A stretch of 64,000 bases of DNA from Candidatus Ozemobacteraceae bacterium (GCA_965140445.1 OZ223236.1:3040001-3104000), one strand, 5' to 3'; counted from the first letter of the stretch, positions 35,795-46,496 are shown. Program-made: numbers and translations. The notes: generated by a model not told the origin, from the letters alone.

Positions 35795-37762
35795 TTGCCT
35801 AAAACCTTATTAATAGAAGCTGGATTCCTTGGTTTGCCAGGTCGTTTTTTCGGCGATTGTGCAAGAAATTTCTCCGAAGTTGTAGAAGAACTCCTGGAAA
35901 GAGATCGTTTAGATTATTCCAAAGTTAGATGCTGGGTAAGTTCCAACCGCATTGGAGTTCTGGTTGAAGGCCTTGCAGATGTTCAACACGACTGCGTAAA
36001 AGAGGTCAGAGGTCCAAAAGCTGCGGTAGCTTATGATTTAAATAATTTACCAACCCCAGCTGCAAAAGGATTTGCTTCAGCGCAGGGGCTTGAACTAAAA
36101 GATCTTTATATAAAAGATGTTGAAGGGGAAAGATTTCTTTTTGTCAAAAAAACCGACACCGGAAAAAATGCCGAAAACTGCATTCAAAAGATAGCCGATA
36201 AGATTTTTTCCAGTTTCCCGTTTAACTCATCTCCATGGAAAAAAGGAAGCCTTTTTCCTCAACCGCCTCTTTATATTTGTGGAATGCTTGATTCAAAAGT
36301 TGCTGAAATTGAGTTTGAAGGATTAAAAGCAGAATCAAAAACCGGATGCTTTAATTTTCCAGGTGTTCAACGATTTCAGATGGAACACGCATCTGATTAT
36401 CCTGTTTTTATGAAAAAAGTCGGGATGGAGTCAGATTTTAAAGAAAGAAAAAAATTGGTTGAATCTAAAATCCGAGCGATGCTTCCAGATGGATGCCGCT
36501 TAATGAGCAATCAAAAACTGCTTTCTGATTATACGCTTTCTCAGGAAGAAGCTTTTCCAGTGCTATTGAAGTTTAAACCTAAGTATCTGGAGATGCCCGA
36601 CGAAGTTTTGCTGGAAATTCTTTCTGGTCAATTCAGGCATTTAACCTGTGAAAGTTCCAATGGAAAGCTTCTTCCATTCACTGTGGCTTTGGCTTCTTCC
36701 GGAAAATTTCCAGGGATTGAAGAAACGGTTTTGGGAAAAATTCTCAATCGATTTCTTGATAAAGTTTATGCTTGCTGGGAACGGGACAAAAAAATTGATT
36801 TGGCTGCTATATCTTGTAAAGCAGATGAATTGGAAAATGAATTAACTGTTTCGGATAGCAGAGAGATATCGAAGATAGCCACTTGGCTATCAGAGCATCT
36901 AGATATAAAAATAAATCTGAAAGAATTGGAGACACCCTTAAAATTCATTAAGTTAAGTGAAGTTACAGAAGTCTCAAAACTTGTTCCTGGAACCGGTGTT
37001 TCAATAATTTTGAAAAATCTTGAAATTAATGGAACTGTTTCTGAGGAGATTTTATCGCTTTTAAGAACTATCAATCTTGTTAAGAACGGTAAAACTTTAA
37101 AAACTGAGTGTGAAGCTGGGAAAATTCTATCCTTAGCATACCTTCTCAGAGATTATGCACGGTCAGAAGAAAAAGAGATGTATATCAACAGGGTTTTAAA
37201 CTATTTAGTAAACAACTCTTTAAGGTTTGATTTGTTTTATTCAATAAACAGACTTTTCCCAGGGCTAAAAATTGAAAGAAAGGACTGGATGGAGTGCTTT
37301 TTTAAACTGTTTATTAAAGAAACGGAAAGTAATGAATCCATTTGTGATGGTTTGGTTTCAGCAAGGGGGTTTGATCCGGTTTCTTTCAGAGAAGCTTATT
37401 TAGAGTGGGGATCTAGTTTACCACCAGATGGTGAATATCTTATTGGCCTTAAAGCAAGAATAGGGGCAAGGCTACCAGATAAATCAAAAATTCAACCAGT
37501 AGAAGCCTCAACCGAACTTGAAAAGGAATTAGAGGAAGGAATTTTTAAGATTGAGGAGCTTTCAGGGGTTAATTATCTTGAAATTTATCGATTTTTTATT
37601 GATAAACGTGTGGATATTGAAGCATGCCTTATGGATCTCCCACCAATCCTGGATGATACTAATGATGAACTTACAGCAAGAATTTACCTTTTAAAAAGGC
37701 TTTCCACGCAATTAGTAAAATTGCCTTTTATACGTAAAGAAAAAAAGTTAGAAAAGAATTGA
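35795..37762 (+). CDS. Divergent glycyl-tRNA synthetase beta-subunit-like protein
   Basis: EVRGPKAAVAYD...PTPAAKGFASAQG is typical of GlyS; length and C-terminal RIYLL are consistent, but most other motifs are eroded. Confidence 0.7.
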   Translation: MPKTLLIEAGFLGLPGRFFGDCARNFSEVVEELLERDRLDYSKVRCWVSSNRIGVLVEGLADVQHDCVKEVRGPKAAVAYDLNNLPTPAAKGFASAQGLELKDLYIKDVEGERFLFVKKTDTGKNAENCIQKIADKIFSSFPFNSSPWKKGSLFPQPPLYICGMLDSKVAEIEFEGLKAESKTGCFNFPGVQRFQMEHASDYPVFMKKVGMESDFKERKKLVESKIRAMLPDGCRLMSNQKLLSDYTLSQEEAFPVLLKFKPKYLEMPDEVLLEILSGQFRHLTCESSNGKLLPFTVALASSGKFPGIEETVLGKILNRFLDKVYACWERDKKIDLAAISCKADELENELTVSDSREISKIATWLSEHLDIKINLKELETPLKFIKLSEVTEVSKLVPGTGVSIILKNLEINGTVSEEILSLLRTINLVKNGKTLKTECEAGKILSLAYLLRDYARSEEKEMYINRVLNYLVNNSLRFDLFYSINRLFPGLKIERKDWMECFFKLFIKETESNESICDGLVSARGFDPVSFREAYLEWGSSLPPDGEYLIGLKARIGARLPDKSKIQPVEASTELEKELEEGIFKIEELSGVNYLEIYRFFIDKRVDIEACLMDLPPILDDTNDELTARIYLLKRLSTQLVKLPFIRKEKKLEKN

Positions 37763-37839
37763 ATCTAAAAAAAAAGCTGATATCCTTTAAAGCTAAATCT
37801 AAAGGTTACAACAACATTATTCCCCATGGAGGATAATTT

Positions 37840-40320
37840 ATGGCAAAAAGTGAAAAAGAAAGCAAAACAGCAATTGACAACACCTCCGATGAAATCTTAG
37901 ACCAGGCAGAATCAGAAATGTATCCTCTGCTACCACTAAGAGACGTGGTGGTTTTTCCTTACATGGTAGTTCCTCTGTTTGTAGGAAGGAAAAAATCCAT
38001 TCGTGCAATTGAAGAGGCAATGCTCAAAAATAGAAAGATTGTCCTTTGTTCTCAAAAGCAGGCTAAAACTGATGATCCTGAGAAAGGTGATCTTTATCAG
38101 ACTGGTACAGTTGCAGAAATCCTACAATTACTGAAACTTCCCGATGGAATTTTAAAGATTCTTGTCGAAGGTACAACCAGAGTTTCCATCCAGGACTTTG
38201 TTAGAACTGAAGAATTTTTTGAAGTTGAAGCAATCAAAATTGGTGGCGAGGATAAAAAGACAATTGAACTCCAAGCCCTTATGCGCAACGTTATTAGTCT
38301 TTTTGAGCAATATGTTAAGCTGAACAAAAAAATTCCTCTGGAAGTTATTATGGTTGCTAATAATGTTGAAGAGCCAGGAAGGCTTGCTGACATTATTACT
38401 GCACATTTGAATCTTAAAGTTGAAGAAAAACAGGAGATCCTTGAAGCTGCTATACCAAAGGATCGTCTTGAAAAAATAGCTCAAATTCTTAATCGTGAAT
38501 TAGAAATAATGATGGTTGAGAAAAAAATTCGTGGCCAGGTTCGAAAGCAGATGGAACAAATCCAGAAAGAATATTACCTTCGTGAACAAATGAAGGCTAT
38601 TCAAAAGGAACTTGGTGACACTGATGAAAGAACAGAAGAAATAGAAGAGCTAAAAGAAGGCATAGCTAAAGCAAAAATGCCTGAAGAGGCCAGAGAAAAG
38701 GTCGATAAGGAACTTGCAAAGCTTATGCGAATGCCACCAGGCTCAGCAGAAGCAACAGTCTCAAGAAACTACATAGATTGGTTAATTTCTCTTCCATGGA
38801 AAAAGCAGACTAAAGACAGAATTGATCTGGAAAAATGTCAGGAAATTCTTGATGAAGATCATTTCGGACTTAAAAAGGTTAAAGAAAGAATTCTTGAATA
38901 CCTTGCTGTTTGTAGATTGAAAAAGACAATTAAAGGGCCAATCCTTTGCCTTATAGGACCTCCAGGGGTTGGTAAAACCTCATTAGGCAAGTCTATTGCT
39001 CGTTCATTGAATAGAAAATTTGCCAGGATTTCCCTTGGTGGAATGAGAGATGAAGCAGAAATTCGAGGGCACCGAAGAACCTATATTGGAGCTATGCCAG
39101 GAAGAATAATTCAGGCTTTGAGAGATTCTGGTTCAAGAAATCCTGTAATCCTTCTGGACGAAATCGATAAAATGGGAATGGATTTTAGGGGCGACCCGAG
39201 TTCAGCCTTGTTAGAAGCCCTTGATCCAGAACAGAACTACAACTTTTCTGACCATTATCTTGCAACACCTTTTGATCTTTCAAAGGTATTGTTTTTGACC
39301 ACTGCGAATGTTCCGCATACAATTCCTGGACCTCTTAGAGACAGATTAGAAGTTGTCTATCTTCCTGGTTATACTGAAGAAGAAAAGGTTCAGATTTCTG
39401 AAAAATATCTTGTTCCAAAACAGAAAGAGGCCAATGGAATTGATAAATATGCTGTAGAGCTTAAACAAAGCTCTATCGTCGAAGTAATCCGAAAATATAC
39501 CAGAGAAGCTGGTGTTAGAAATCTGGAAAGAGAACTTGCTTCAATTTGTAGAAAAATAGCAAGAGATATAGTTCTCGGATACAAGAAGGTTAACAAAAAA
39601 GGTAGTTCTAAAACTATTACTGTTACTGCAAAGACTGTAGAAAAATACCTTGGAATTCCTAAATTCCATGGTGACAAAACTGAAGATAAAGATGAAATCG
39701 GTCTTGTTAATGGACTTGCCTGGACTGAAGTTGGCGGAACAACGCTTCCAATTGAGGTTGTAGTTATGCCTGGTAGGGGCAAGATCATTTTGACAGGTTC
39801 TTTGGGGGATGTAATGAAGGAATCTGCCCATACCAGTTTGTCCTATCTCAGAAGTCATGCAGATTTACTGAAAATGCGTCCTATTGATTACGATTCAATG
39901 GATTTACATATCCATTTCCCTGAAGGAGCTGTTCCTAAAGATGGACCTTCTGCAGGTATTGCAATTGCTACCGCTATTTATTCAGCTTTGAATGAAGTTC
40001 CGGTAAGTAGCAAAGTCGCTATGACAGGTGAAATAACTCTTAGAGGAAAAGTTCTTCCTGTTGGTGGAATTAAAGAAAAGCTTTTGGCTGCTCATAGACA
40101 GAATATTAAAACTATTATTCTATCCAAAGAAAATGAAAAAGAATTAGAAGAAATTCCACCTCAGATTAGAAAAAATCTAACTATTCACAAGGTTGAATAT
40201 GCAAATGAAGTTCTTGAATTTGCTTTAACTGGAAAACCAAAGAAAACGCCATTAAAATTTAGCCGAAGGGCTATTGGAACAGAAGCTAAGAAAAAAAGAC
40301 GCAAGTCTAAGGAAAACTAG
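37840..40320 (+). CDS. lon: ATP-dependent Lon protease
   Basis: PLLPLRDVVVFP, GPPGVGKTS, LLDEIDK, PKDGPSAG (catalytic Ser), GGIKEK. Confidence 0.98.
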   Translation: MAKSEKESKTAIDNTSDEILDQAESEMYPLLPLRDVVVFPYMVVPLFVGRKKSIRAIEEAMLKNRKIVLCSQKQAKTDDPEKGDLYQTGTVAEILQLLKLPDGILKILVEGTTRVSIQDFVRTEEFFEVEAIKIGGEDKKTIELQALMRNVISLFEQYVKLNKKIPLEVIMVANNVEEPGRLADIITAHLNLKVEEKQEILEAAIPKDRLEKIAQILNRELEIMMVEKKIRGQVRKQMEQIQKEYYLREQMKAIQKELGDTDERTEEIEELKEGIAKAKMPEEAREKVDKELAKLMRMPPGSAEATVSRNYIDWLISLPWKKQTKDRIDLEKCQEILDEDHFGLKKVKERILEYLAVCRLKKTIKGPILCLIGPPGVGKTSLGKSIARSLNRKFARISLGGMRDEAEIRGHRRTYIGAMPGRIIQALRDSGSRNPVILLDEIDKMGMDFRGDPSSALLEALDPEQNYNFSDHYLATPFDLSKVLFLTTANVPHTIPGPLRDRLEVVYLPGYTEEEKVQISEKYLVPKQKEANGIDKYAVELKQSSIVEVIRKYTREAGVRNLERELASICRKIARDIVLGYKKVNKKGSSKTITVTAKTVEKYLGIPKFHGDKTEDKDEIGLVNGLAWTEVGGTTLPIEVVVMPGRGKIILTGSLGDVMKESAHTSLSYLRSHADLLKMRPIDYDSMDLHIHFPEGAVPKDGPSAGIAIATAIYSALNEVPVSSKVAMTGEITLRGKVLPVGGIKEKLLAAHRQNIKTIILSKENEKELEEIPPQIRKNLTIHKVEYANEVLEFALTGKPKKTPLKFSRRAIGTEAKKKRRKSKEN

Positions 40321-41196
40321 ATGACAATAAAAATTACCTCTGCGACTTTTCATGCATGCGTTACTAACAAAGCCGCAATTCCAGATGATAATCTGCCAAT
40401 TGTAGCTCTTGTTGGTCGTAGTAACGTTGGAAAGTCTTCATTAATTAATGCTCTCTGTGGTCGTAAAGAATTGGCCAGGACCAGTTCTTTACCGGGAAAA
40501 ACTCTGACCATTAATTTTTATTTGATTAACGAAGCTTTTTATATTGTAGATTTACCTGGATATGGTTATGCAAAAGCATCAAAGGTAACCAGGCAGAAAA
40601 TTCAAGCAATGATGAATGAATTTTTCGGAGAGTGCAATCGTTTGAAGGGCGTAATTCAAATCCTGGATGTTAGGCATAAGCCATCTGCATTAGATGTTCA
40701 GATGTTTTCATGGATAAGAGATCAGAAATTTAACTATCTCGCAGTTTTAACCAAAATGGATAAGTTAAGTAATCAGCAAGGGTTAAAAATGCGCAAAGAA
40801 ATTTTAAGAGATATTAAAGTTGATTTTGCACTAACATTCTCGGCTAAAACTAAAGCCGGAAAAGATGAATTTCTTGATGCCCTTGAAAAGATAACTTCAG
40901 GCGCAGATCTTGGAATTCCTAAGCCAGCTCCTGCAATGGAAAGAAAAAGAAAGCCAAAAAACCAGGATAGCAATTCTAAAGACAAAAAAGATCCAAACAG
41001 AAGGCCTCCTAGAGATAACAAAAGAACAAAAGATAATCGTCCTCAAGGTGGCAATGGGCCAAGACCAGAAAGAGATAATAAGCCATCTGGCGGAGATGGT
41101 AAAACAGGAAATAGCGGCGGAAATGCTGGAAGTTCAAGGAGACGAAGGCCTCCAAGAAAGAGAAAAGATCCAGCGCAGCCAGAAAAAGCAAACTAG
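40321..41196 (+). CDS. engB: Ribosome biogenesis GTPase EngB/YihA with a long basic C-terminal tail
   Basis: GRSNVGKSS, PGKT, DLPGYG, TKMDK; follows lon. Confidence 0.93.
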   Translation: MTIKITSATFHACVTNKAAIPDDNLPIVALVGRSNVGKSSLINALCGRKELARTSSLPGKTLTINFYLINEAFYIVDLPGYGYAKASKVTRQKIQAMMNEFFGECNRLKGVIQILDVRHKPSALDVQMFSWIRDQKFNYLAVLTKMDKLSNQQGLKMRKEILRDIKVDFALTFSAKTKAGKDEFLDALEKITSGADLGIPKPAPAMERKRKPKNQDSNSKDKKDPNRRPPRDNKRTKDNRPQGGNGPRPERDNKPSGGDGKTGNSGGNAGSSRRRRPPRKRKDPAQPEKAN

Positions 41197-41208
41197 TCGG
41201 GAGGAAGT

Positions 41209-42798
41209 ATGAAAAGATTTAATTTGGTTACTGGGTGGTTTTTGCTTCTGTTGGTTTTTGCCAGCTCTATAAACTGTTTTGCTACACCATCAATCGGTAA
41301 AATTCAGCAGGATATAAAAAAAGCGCGATCACTATGGACCACGGACGCGTATGCAGCTCAAAAAATACTTGAGAAAGCCTATAATGACTCAATGGCGTGG
41401 ACAGCTCCAGAATTTCTGGATTCGGTAAAGCAAAAAGCTCTCTATGTCGCGGTACAATGTGTTAGTCCAGCTTTAATCCCGGAAGTTTATACAACTGCAG
41501 ATACTTATGAAAAATTGTATCCAAAGGGAATTTATCTGAGCAAGGTTCTTTTATATAAAGCCATTGCAGCTTTTTCTGTAAAAGACTATGACCTGGCAGA
41601 AGCTGCGCTTAAAAGAGTTGAAGAAATAGCCGGTGGAAAAGTTCCTTACAAAACGAAGTCTCTTAGACTTGGTGCTTATCTTTCTTCGGCAAAGTATAGA
41701 ACAGCAGAAAAGTATCTTGAACAATCCTATTTGAACAAGCCTGATTCAAGACTGAAGAAGGATTTAAGACGATTTCATCGTGGAAATGCGTATGTTCAAA
41801 AACTTATGGAAATGGTAGTGGAAAACAAAATTTCTGCTGCGGATGCCGTAGATAAAATTAACAGAGCTCTGGAAAACAACTATTTTGCTAAAAATGCTCC
41901 GACTATCTCTTTAATTGGACAGAGAATAAAAGATAGTTCGGGTGATGTTTATCATCCTTTACAAGTTGAATGGTGTGGATTAGAAAGAGCTATTCATCAC
42001 ACAACCTCTTCTCAATACAGAATACACAAAAACCTTGAATTTATTAAAAAGTTTCCTGAAGCCACACCGGAACAAAAATACTTAGTTCTTCAGAATCTCA
42101 GGAACATCTATTTGTATGAAACTATGGATAAAGAACTTGCCGAAGAAATTCTGAAAGAAATGGGCAGAATGCCAAATTTTGGAGACAGAGCAAGGGTTGA
42201 GGAAATTCTTTGTGGTTTTAATGAAGAAAAAATCATTACTGAAGCCGGAAGAAATGAATTACTTGAATTGCATAAACTCAAGGCATTGTTTCCATATGAT
42301 AATGGCGCTTTGCCAGTAGTCACCTATGATAGAGTTAATCTAATGTTGGCTTTGTCAGACATGGTGGTCGGAGATGGGAAAAAATCAATAGTAAAATCTG
42401 TTCCTGAAGTTAAAGGCTATAGTGGACTTCCATTTGATTTGTTTTTCTTTGGTGCTGTAGGACAAAAACTACAGGCACATGAAATATTTGAATCAGTTAA
42501 AGCAGGGCAGACTGTTCAGGTTAAGAGAATGATAGATGATTCTCTTTATCCGTTATATTTACCCGCTGGAATCGGAACCAGATACTTTCTTGCTGGATTA
42601 GCATGCGAAAAGGTTTTCCCTTACTTAGCAATGGACTTAATAAATAAATCTATTACAGTTGAAAAAAGACTGACTAAGAATGAGCATGCACTGGCTGTTC
42701 TTGCTGATACTTATCAAGTTCACAATGCTTATAAAGAAGCCCAGGAAGTATGGGGGATATTACGTAGTTTACACCCTCAATCAATTTGGCTTAAATAA
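41209..42798 (+). CDS. Exported helical (TPR-like) hypothetical protein
   Basis: Signal peptide; all-alpha pattern with YPKG and HPQS TPR-cap-like turns. Confidence 0.65.
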   Translation: MKRFNLVTGWFLLLLVFASSINCFATPSIGKIQQDIKKARSLWTTDAYAAQKILEKAYNDSMAWTAPEFLDSVKQKALYVAVQCVSPALIPEVYTTADTYEKLYPKGIYLSKVLLYKAIAAFSVKDYDLAEAALKRVEEIAGGKVPYKTKSLRLGAYLSSAKYRTAEKYLEQSYLNKPDSRLKKDLRRFHRGNAYVQKLMEMVVENKISAADAVDKINRALENNYFAKNAPTISLIGQRIKDSSGDVYHPLQVEWCGLERAIHHTTSSQYRIHKNLEFIKKFPEATPEQKYLVLQNLRNIYLYETMDKELAEEILKEMGRMPNFGDRARVEEILCGFNEEKIITEAGRNELLELHKLKALFPYDNGALPVVTYDRVNLMLALSDMVVGDGKKSIVKSVPEVKGYSGLPFDLFFFGAVGQKLQAHEIFESVKAGQTVQVKRMIDDSLYPLYLPAGIGTRYFLAGLACEKVFPYLAMDLINKSITVEKRLTKNEHALAVLADTYQVHNAYKEAQEVWGILRSLHPQSIWLK

Positions 42799-42810
42799 AT
42801 AAAATTCTTC

Positions 42811-42848
42811 ACCGGAGCCAATAAATTATTGTTGGCTCCGGTTTGCTT
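42811..42848 (+). terminator. Probable intrinsic terminator
   Basis: ACCGGAGCCAA...TTGGCTCCGGT followed by TTGCTTT. Confidence 0.7.
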
Positions 42849-42875
42849 TCTAAGAAATGTAATTTGGAGGCTCTA

Positions 42876-45236
42876 GTGAAAAAGCTGATTTTTGCAGTAT
42901 TGGTTTTTACTTCTACGGTTTGCTTTGCTGAAACTCTTTTTGAATATCGTGGGATTTTTCCAGCTAACCGTGATAGTAATGCTGAAATTACTAACTACAT
43001 GTTGCTAAAGGAAGCAAAGGGAATCTCCTTCGAAATTTTTGAGCCAGGTAAAAAAGAACAAACAGATAGAGTTAAAATTCAATCTGTTAAACTTACATCT
43101 GATAGCAGCGTTGAATTTAAATCAGATGCTGGAGTTAAAAGAATAAATTTGCCTGAAACTGGTATTTATGAAATAAAGCTAATTCCTGTTTCAAGAAATG
43201 ATGGTGAAATCAAATTTATTTTGAGAGTCCTTGAAAGTGAAAATGAAGACGATGGGGCAGCTCCTGCTACTACCAAAATAGAAGAAAATACCAAAACAGA
43301 AGAAAAATTGGAGACAAATACTTTGGAAATCTCTTCTATTGCCAAAGATTCTTCCAATAACCTTGATGATAATTTGCACTCAACCAACGCTAAATTGCAA
43401 GAGCGCATTGATTTAAATCAAGCTTCCATCAAAATAGATAATAATTTGACTAAGGCTAATATAGCTTCTTCTACAGAATTAGAAGTTCCACCCTCAACTT
43501 TAAAAATTGAAAATTCTGAAATTGGATCTGTTTCAGAATCGATTAATGCAAGCTACCCGGAAAGCAACATTGTTATTGCAACTTTATCTGATTCTTTGCC
43601 TTCAAATATCGCTTCTGAGGTTATTGAAACAGCTTCAAGCACATCTTTAACAAATCCAGATGTAGAATTTCAAGTTGTTTCACCAGCAAACAGATTTTAT
43701 TTAAACCCCTTTCGAGGTATTAGATTTAAATCTTCCTTTAAGCTTCAGGAAGATGGTTCTGGAATTACCGAAATAAAGGTTTTTAACAAAATGGTTGATG
43801 GCAGCGAAAAAGCTGTAAAAGGTAATTTTATAGATCTCGGGGATAACTTAAAATCTTTTACACCTGAGCCAATTACACCTGGTGTTGTTTATTATTTAAA
43901 ATGCAATGGTGATGAGCCTAACAATGATAAAGTTTTCAAATTTCCTTCTTTTCCGGATTTGAAAGCAAAATACCAACCACAAAAAGATGTTCATCAATTT
44001 GTTATTAATTGGAACCAGAACTATGATTTCATGGCTAATTCCATGGGCCAGGTAGTAAAGCTGGAAGATACAAAAATAGAATTAAAAACGACTGAAAAAA
44101 CAATTTTTTCAGCAGAAATAAATGGAAATACCCCACCATTCTTCTACAACAATAGCAGTGTTTTTAAGCTTAGCCCTTATAACCTGCTTATTGCTACTCC
44201 AAAGAGTACATTGTCCGATGAGCAGGGAGAAATTGTTCTTTCTGTTTCTGCTCACCTGGATGGTTATCCAGATTACATAAAGATTTTTTCCCAAACCTTT
44301 CAAATTGGTGAAAAAAGTGAATCTAATAAAAATGAGATAGGTATTGAATCTTTAAGGGATGCACCTGCAACTTTGCCAGAAAATTTGACTGGTAATAACT
44401 CAAATCTAGATATTCAGGAGGCTTTGAAGCTGGATTTTGTTAAGTCCATCAAAATAGAAGTTCCTGGAATCGGCCAGAAAGCGATTTGGCCTCACGAAAC
44501 CAGTCTTGATGAGTTTGGTAACATTTGGATTCTTGATAGCCAGATGAAGCAGGTTTACTGTTTTAATTTAGAAGGAAATCTGAGAATTAGTTTTGGGCAG
44601 AGAGATTCGGATAAAGAAAAGCTTGGGTTCCCTTATTCCATGATATATAAGGATGGAATCATACTGGTTTCTGATAGTCTTGAGCGTAAAATCCATAAGT
44701 TTTCCACAGATGGGAAGCTTGTTGGCACAATTCCCGGAGCCAATGAAAGGCTTGTTTCTCCTGGGGGAATGTGTTTTAGAAATAAGGAAGTCTGGGTTGT
44801 TGATCGGCACCAAAAAGCGATTGTTTGTTTTGATAAACAGGAAAAATACCTTGGCAAATTTGGTGGACCAGACACAAATCTTTTTTCCGAACCGGTTATG
44901 GTTAGGGCAACTGATAAAGCTTTGTTTGTTTTGGAAAGCAGTGGTGAGGTTAAGATCGTTTCACCAATGGGACAGCTCGAAACTTCTTTTGACAGTGGAT
45001 GCAAAGGTGCAAAAACTTTCTGGGTTGATAAATGGGGATTTGTATGGATCTGTGATGGAGACCGATTTCAGGTGAAACGGTTTAATCAGGATGGAAAGCT
45101 TTTAACGGTCATTAATCCTCCTCCAGGACCAAAACCATGGATTCCAACTTGTGTAAGCACTAATGATAATGGTTTGGTTGCAATTGGAGATGCTCAGTTC
45201 AAAAAGATTTATCTATTTAAAATGGTGGGTAAATAA
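42876..45236 (+). CDS. Exported multidomain protein with C-terminal NHL-repeat beta-propeller
   Basis: GTG 42876 after GGAGG; signal peptide; Ser/Glu-rich linker; repeats GNIWILDS, ILVSDS, VWVVDR, VWICDG. Confidence 0.8.
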   Translation: MKKLIFAVLVFTSTVCFAETLFEYRGIFPANRDSNAEITNYMLLKEAKGISFEIFEPGKKEQTDRVKIQSVKLTSDSSVEFKSDAGVKRINLPETGIYEIKLIPVSRNDGEIKFILRVLESENEDDGAAPATTKIEENTKTEEKLETNTLEISSIAKDSSNNLDDNLHSTNAKLQERIDLNQASIKIDNNLTKANIASSTELEVPPSTLKIENSEIGSVSESINASYPESNIVIATLSDSLPSNIASEVIETASSTSLTNPDVEFQVVSPANRFYLNPFRGIRFKSSFKLQEDGSGITEIKVFNKMVDGSEKAVKGNFIDLGDNLKSFTPEPITPGVVYYLKCNGDEPNNDKVFKFPSFPDLKAKYQPQKDVHQFVINWNQNYDFMANSMGQVVKLEDTKIELKTTEKTIFSAEINGNTPPFFYNNSSVFKLSPYNLLIATPKSTLSDEQGEIVLSVSAHLDGYPDYIKIFSQTFQIGEKSESNKNEIGIESLRDAPATLPENLTGNNSNLDIQEALKLDFVKSIKIEVPGIGQKAIWPHETSLDEFGNIWILDSQMKQVYCFNLEGNLRISFGQRDSDKEKLGFPYSMIYKDGIILVSDSLERKIHKFSTDGKLVGTIPGANERLVSPGGMCFRNKEVWVVDRHQKAIVCFDKQEKYLGKFGGPDTNLFSEPVMVRATDKALFVLESSGEVKIVSPMGQLETSFDSGCKGAKTFWVDKWGFVWICDGDRFQVKRFNQDGKLLTVINPPPGPKPWIPTCVSTNDNGLVAIGDAQFKKIYLFKMVGK

Positions 45237-45826
45237 TGCGGCTTTTAAGTAAGTTATCTTTATTTTTTTTGTTCATGCCAACCGTTTTGGTATTTGGTGA
45301 TAGTTTGCCGGAAAAACTCCTGGCACAGAAAATTGTTGGAAAAGTTTTGATTCACTCAGCAGATAAATCCCCTTATTCCCTTCAGGAGGGTGAGTATCAA
45401 ATTAAAGATGTAAATGGAATCTTTGCTTTAAATGATGGTCAGGGAATTTTTAAACTTGGAGATGATTTTAGATTCAGGCTTAAAGAGGATTCAACAATTC
45501 AGATATCTAATCTGGGAAAAGTTGAAATTAGCAGGGGAGTTGGCGGATTTAGCATTGGCGAAACTCCCAAAATAATTAGAACCCCCCATTTTGAGGTTAG
45601 CGGTTCTAACTGCATTATTGTTATTAAAGCAAATCCGATCTTAACTAGAATCTGCGTTATCAAAGGGGAAGTAGAAATTTCAAAAGCTACTGAAAAAATA
45701 AGGTTAAAATCAGGTGAAGAAATCGCTGCTTCTGATAATAAGTTCTCTAAAATCTACACAAAAACTGCCGAGTTAAGGTTTGCCTGGTATTGGGTAGAAC
45801 CCGATAAAGAACCTAGTTTCCAGTAA
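45236..45826 (+). CDS. FecR-domain-like exported protein
   Basis: FRLKEDSTI, IRTPHFEV, TRICVIKGEVEI...LKSGEE pattern. Confidence 0.7.
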   Translation: MRLLSKLSLFFLFMPTVLVFGDSLPEKLLAQKIVGKVLIHSADKSPYSLQEGEYQIKDVNGIFALNDGQGIFKLGDDFRFRLKEDSTIQISNLGKVEISRGVGGFSIGETPKIIRTPHFEVSGSNCIIVIKANPILTRICVIKGEVEISKATEKIRLKSGEEIAASDNKFSKIYTKTAELRFAWYWVEPDKEPSFQ

Positions 45827-46496
45827 AAGATCTTAACGTAAAAACGTGACGTGCTGAACCAGTGATTTTTCCATTTTCATTTACTTCACCGATTAAGACT
45901 ACTCTGTAATTACCATCAATTGGTAGATATTCTGTTATTTCTGGTCCGTAAGCTCTGAAGGTTTCTTTGGCAAGGGTACCAAATTCGGAATATATCCTTA
46001 GATAATAAGAAGTTGAGGAACCATCAAGGATTGGATAACTAACTTTAATATATCTGGCTGCAGAATCCCAACTCAAAGTAGGAGCCGTTCGAAATTGAGG
46101 GGCGGTTGTCCATTGAACACTATTTTCTGTAAGCAATAAGGTTTCAGAATTTTTAAAATACTTTAAAACATAACCGCCTGAAACAAAAGTTCCTGGTGAT
46201 CTTTCTAAGGTTACTTCCCAGCTATTGGTCAAACTTTGAAGTTTTAAGTCTGAGCCGGCCAATTTTATTCCATTTAAATCTTCTATCCAGCCACCTGAAA
46301 CACCTGTTCCTGTTACAACCGCATGCAGAGTGTCATTGGTTGATCCATTTTCATAGCTAATTTTACCTGCAGCCAAAGATGAAGCAGATATACTTGAATT
46401 TGTTGCTGTGGAGCCTCCACCGCCTCCTCCGCACCCGATAATGGAAATTATCACAACCGAAATACAGATAAATAGCAGTGTTTTATAGTTTTTCAT
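45813..46496 (-). CDS. Hypothetical lipoprotein
   Basis: ATG 46496 after AGGAG; lipobox IIGC followed by a poly-Gly/Ser linker. Confidence 0.75.
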   Translation of the reverse strand: MKNYKTLLFICISVVIISIIGCGGGGGGSTATNSSISASSLAAGKISYENGSTNDTLHAVVTGTGVSGGWIEDLNGIKLAGSDLKLQSLTNSWEVTLERSPGTFVSGGYVLKYFKNSETLLLTENSVQWTTAPQFRTAPTLSWDSAARYIKVSYPILDGSSTSYYLRIYSEFGTLAKETFRAYGPEITEYLPIDGNYRVVLIGEVNENGKITGSARHVFTLRSFTGN

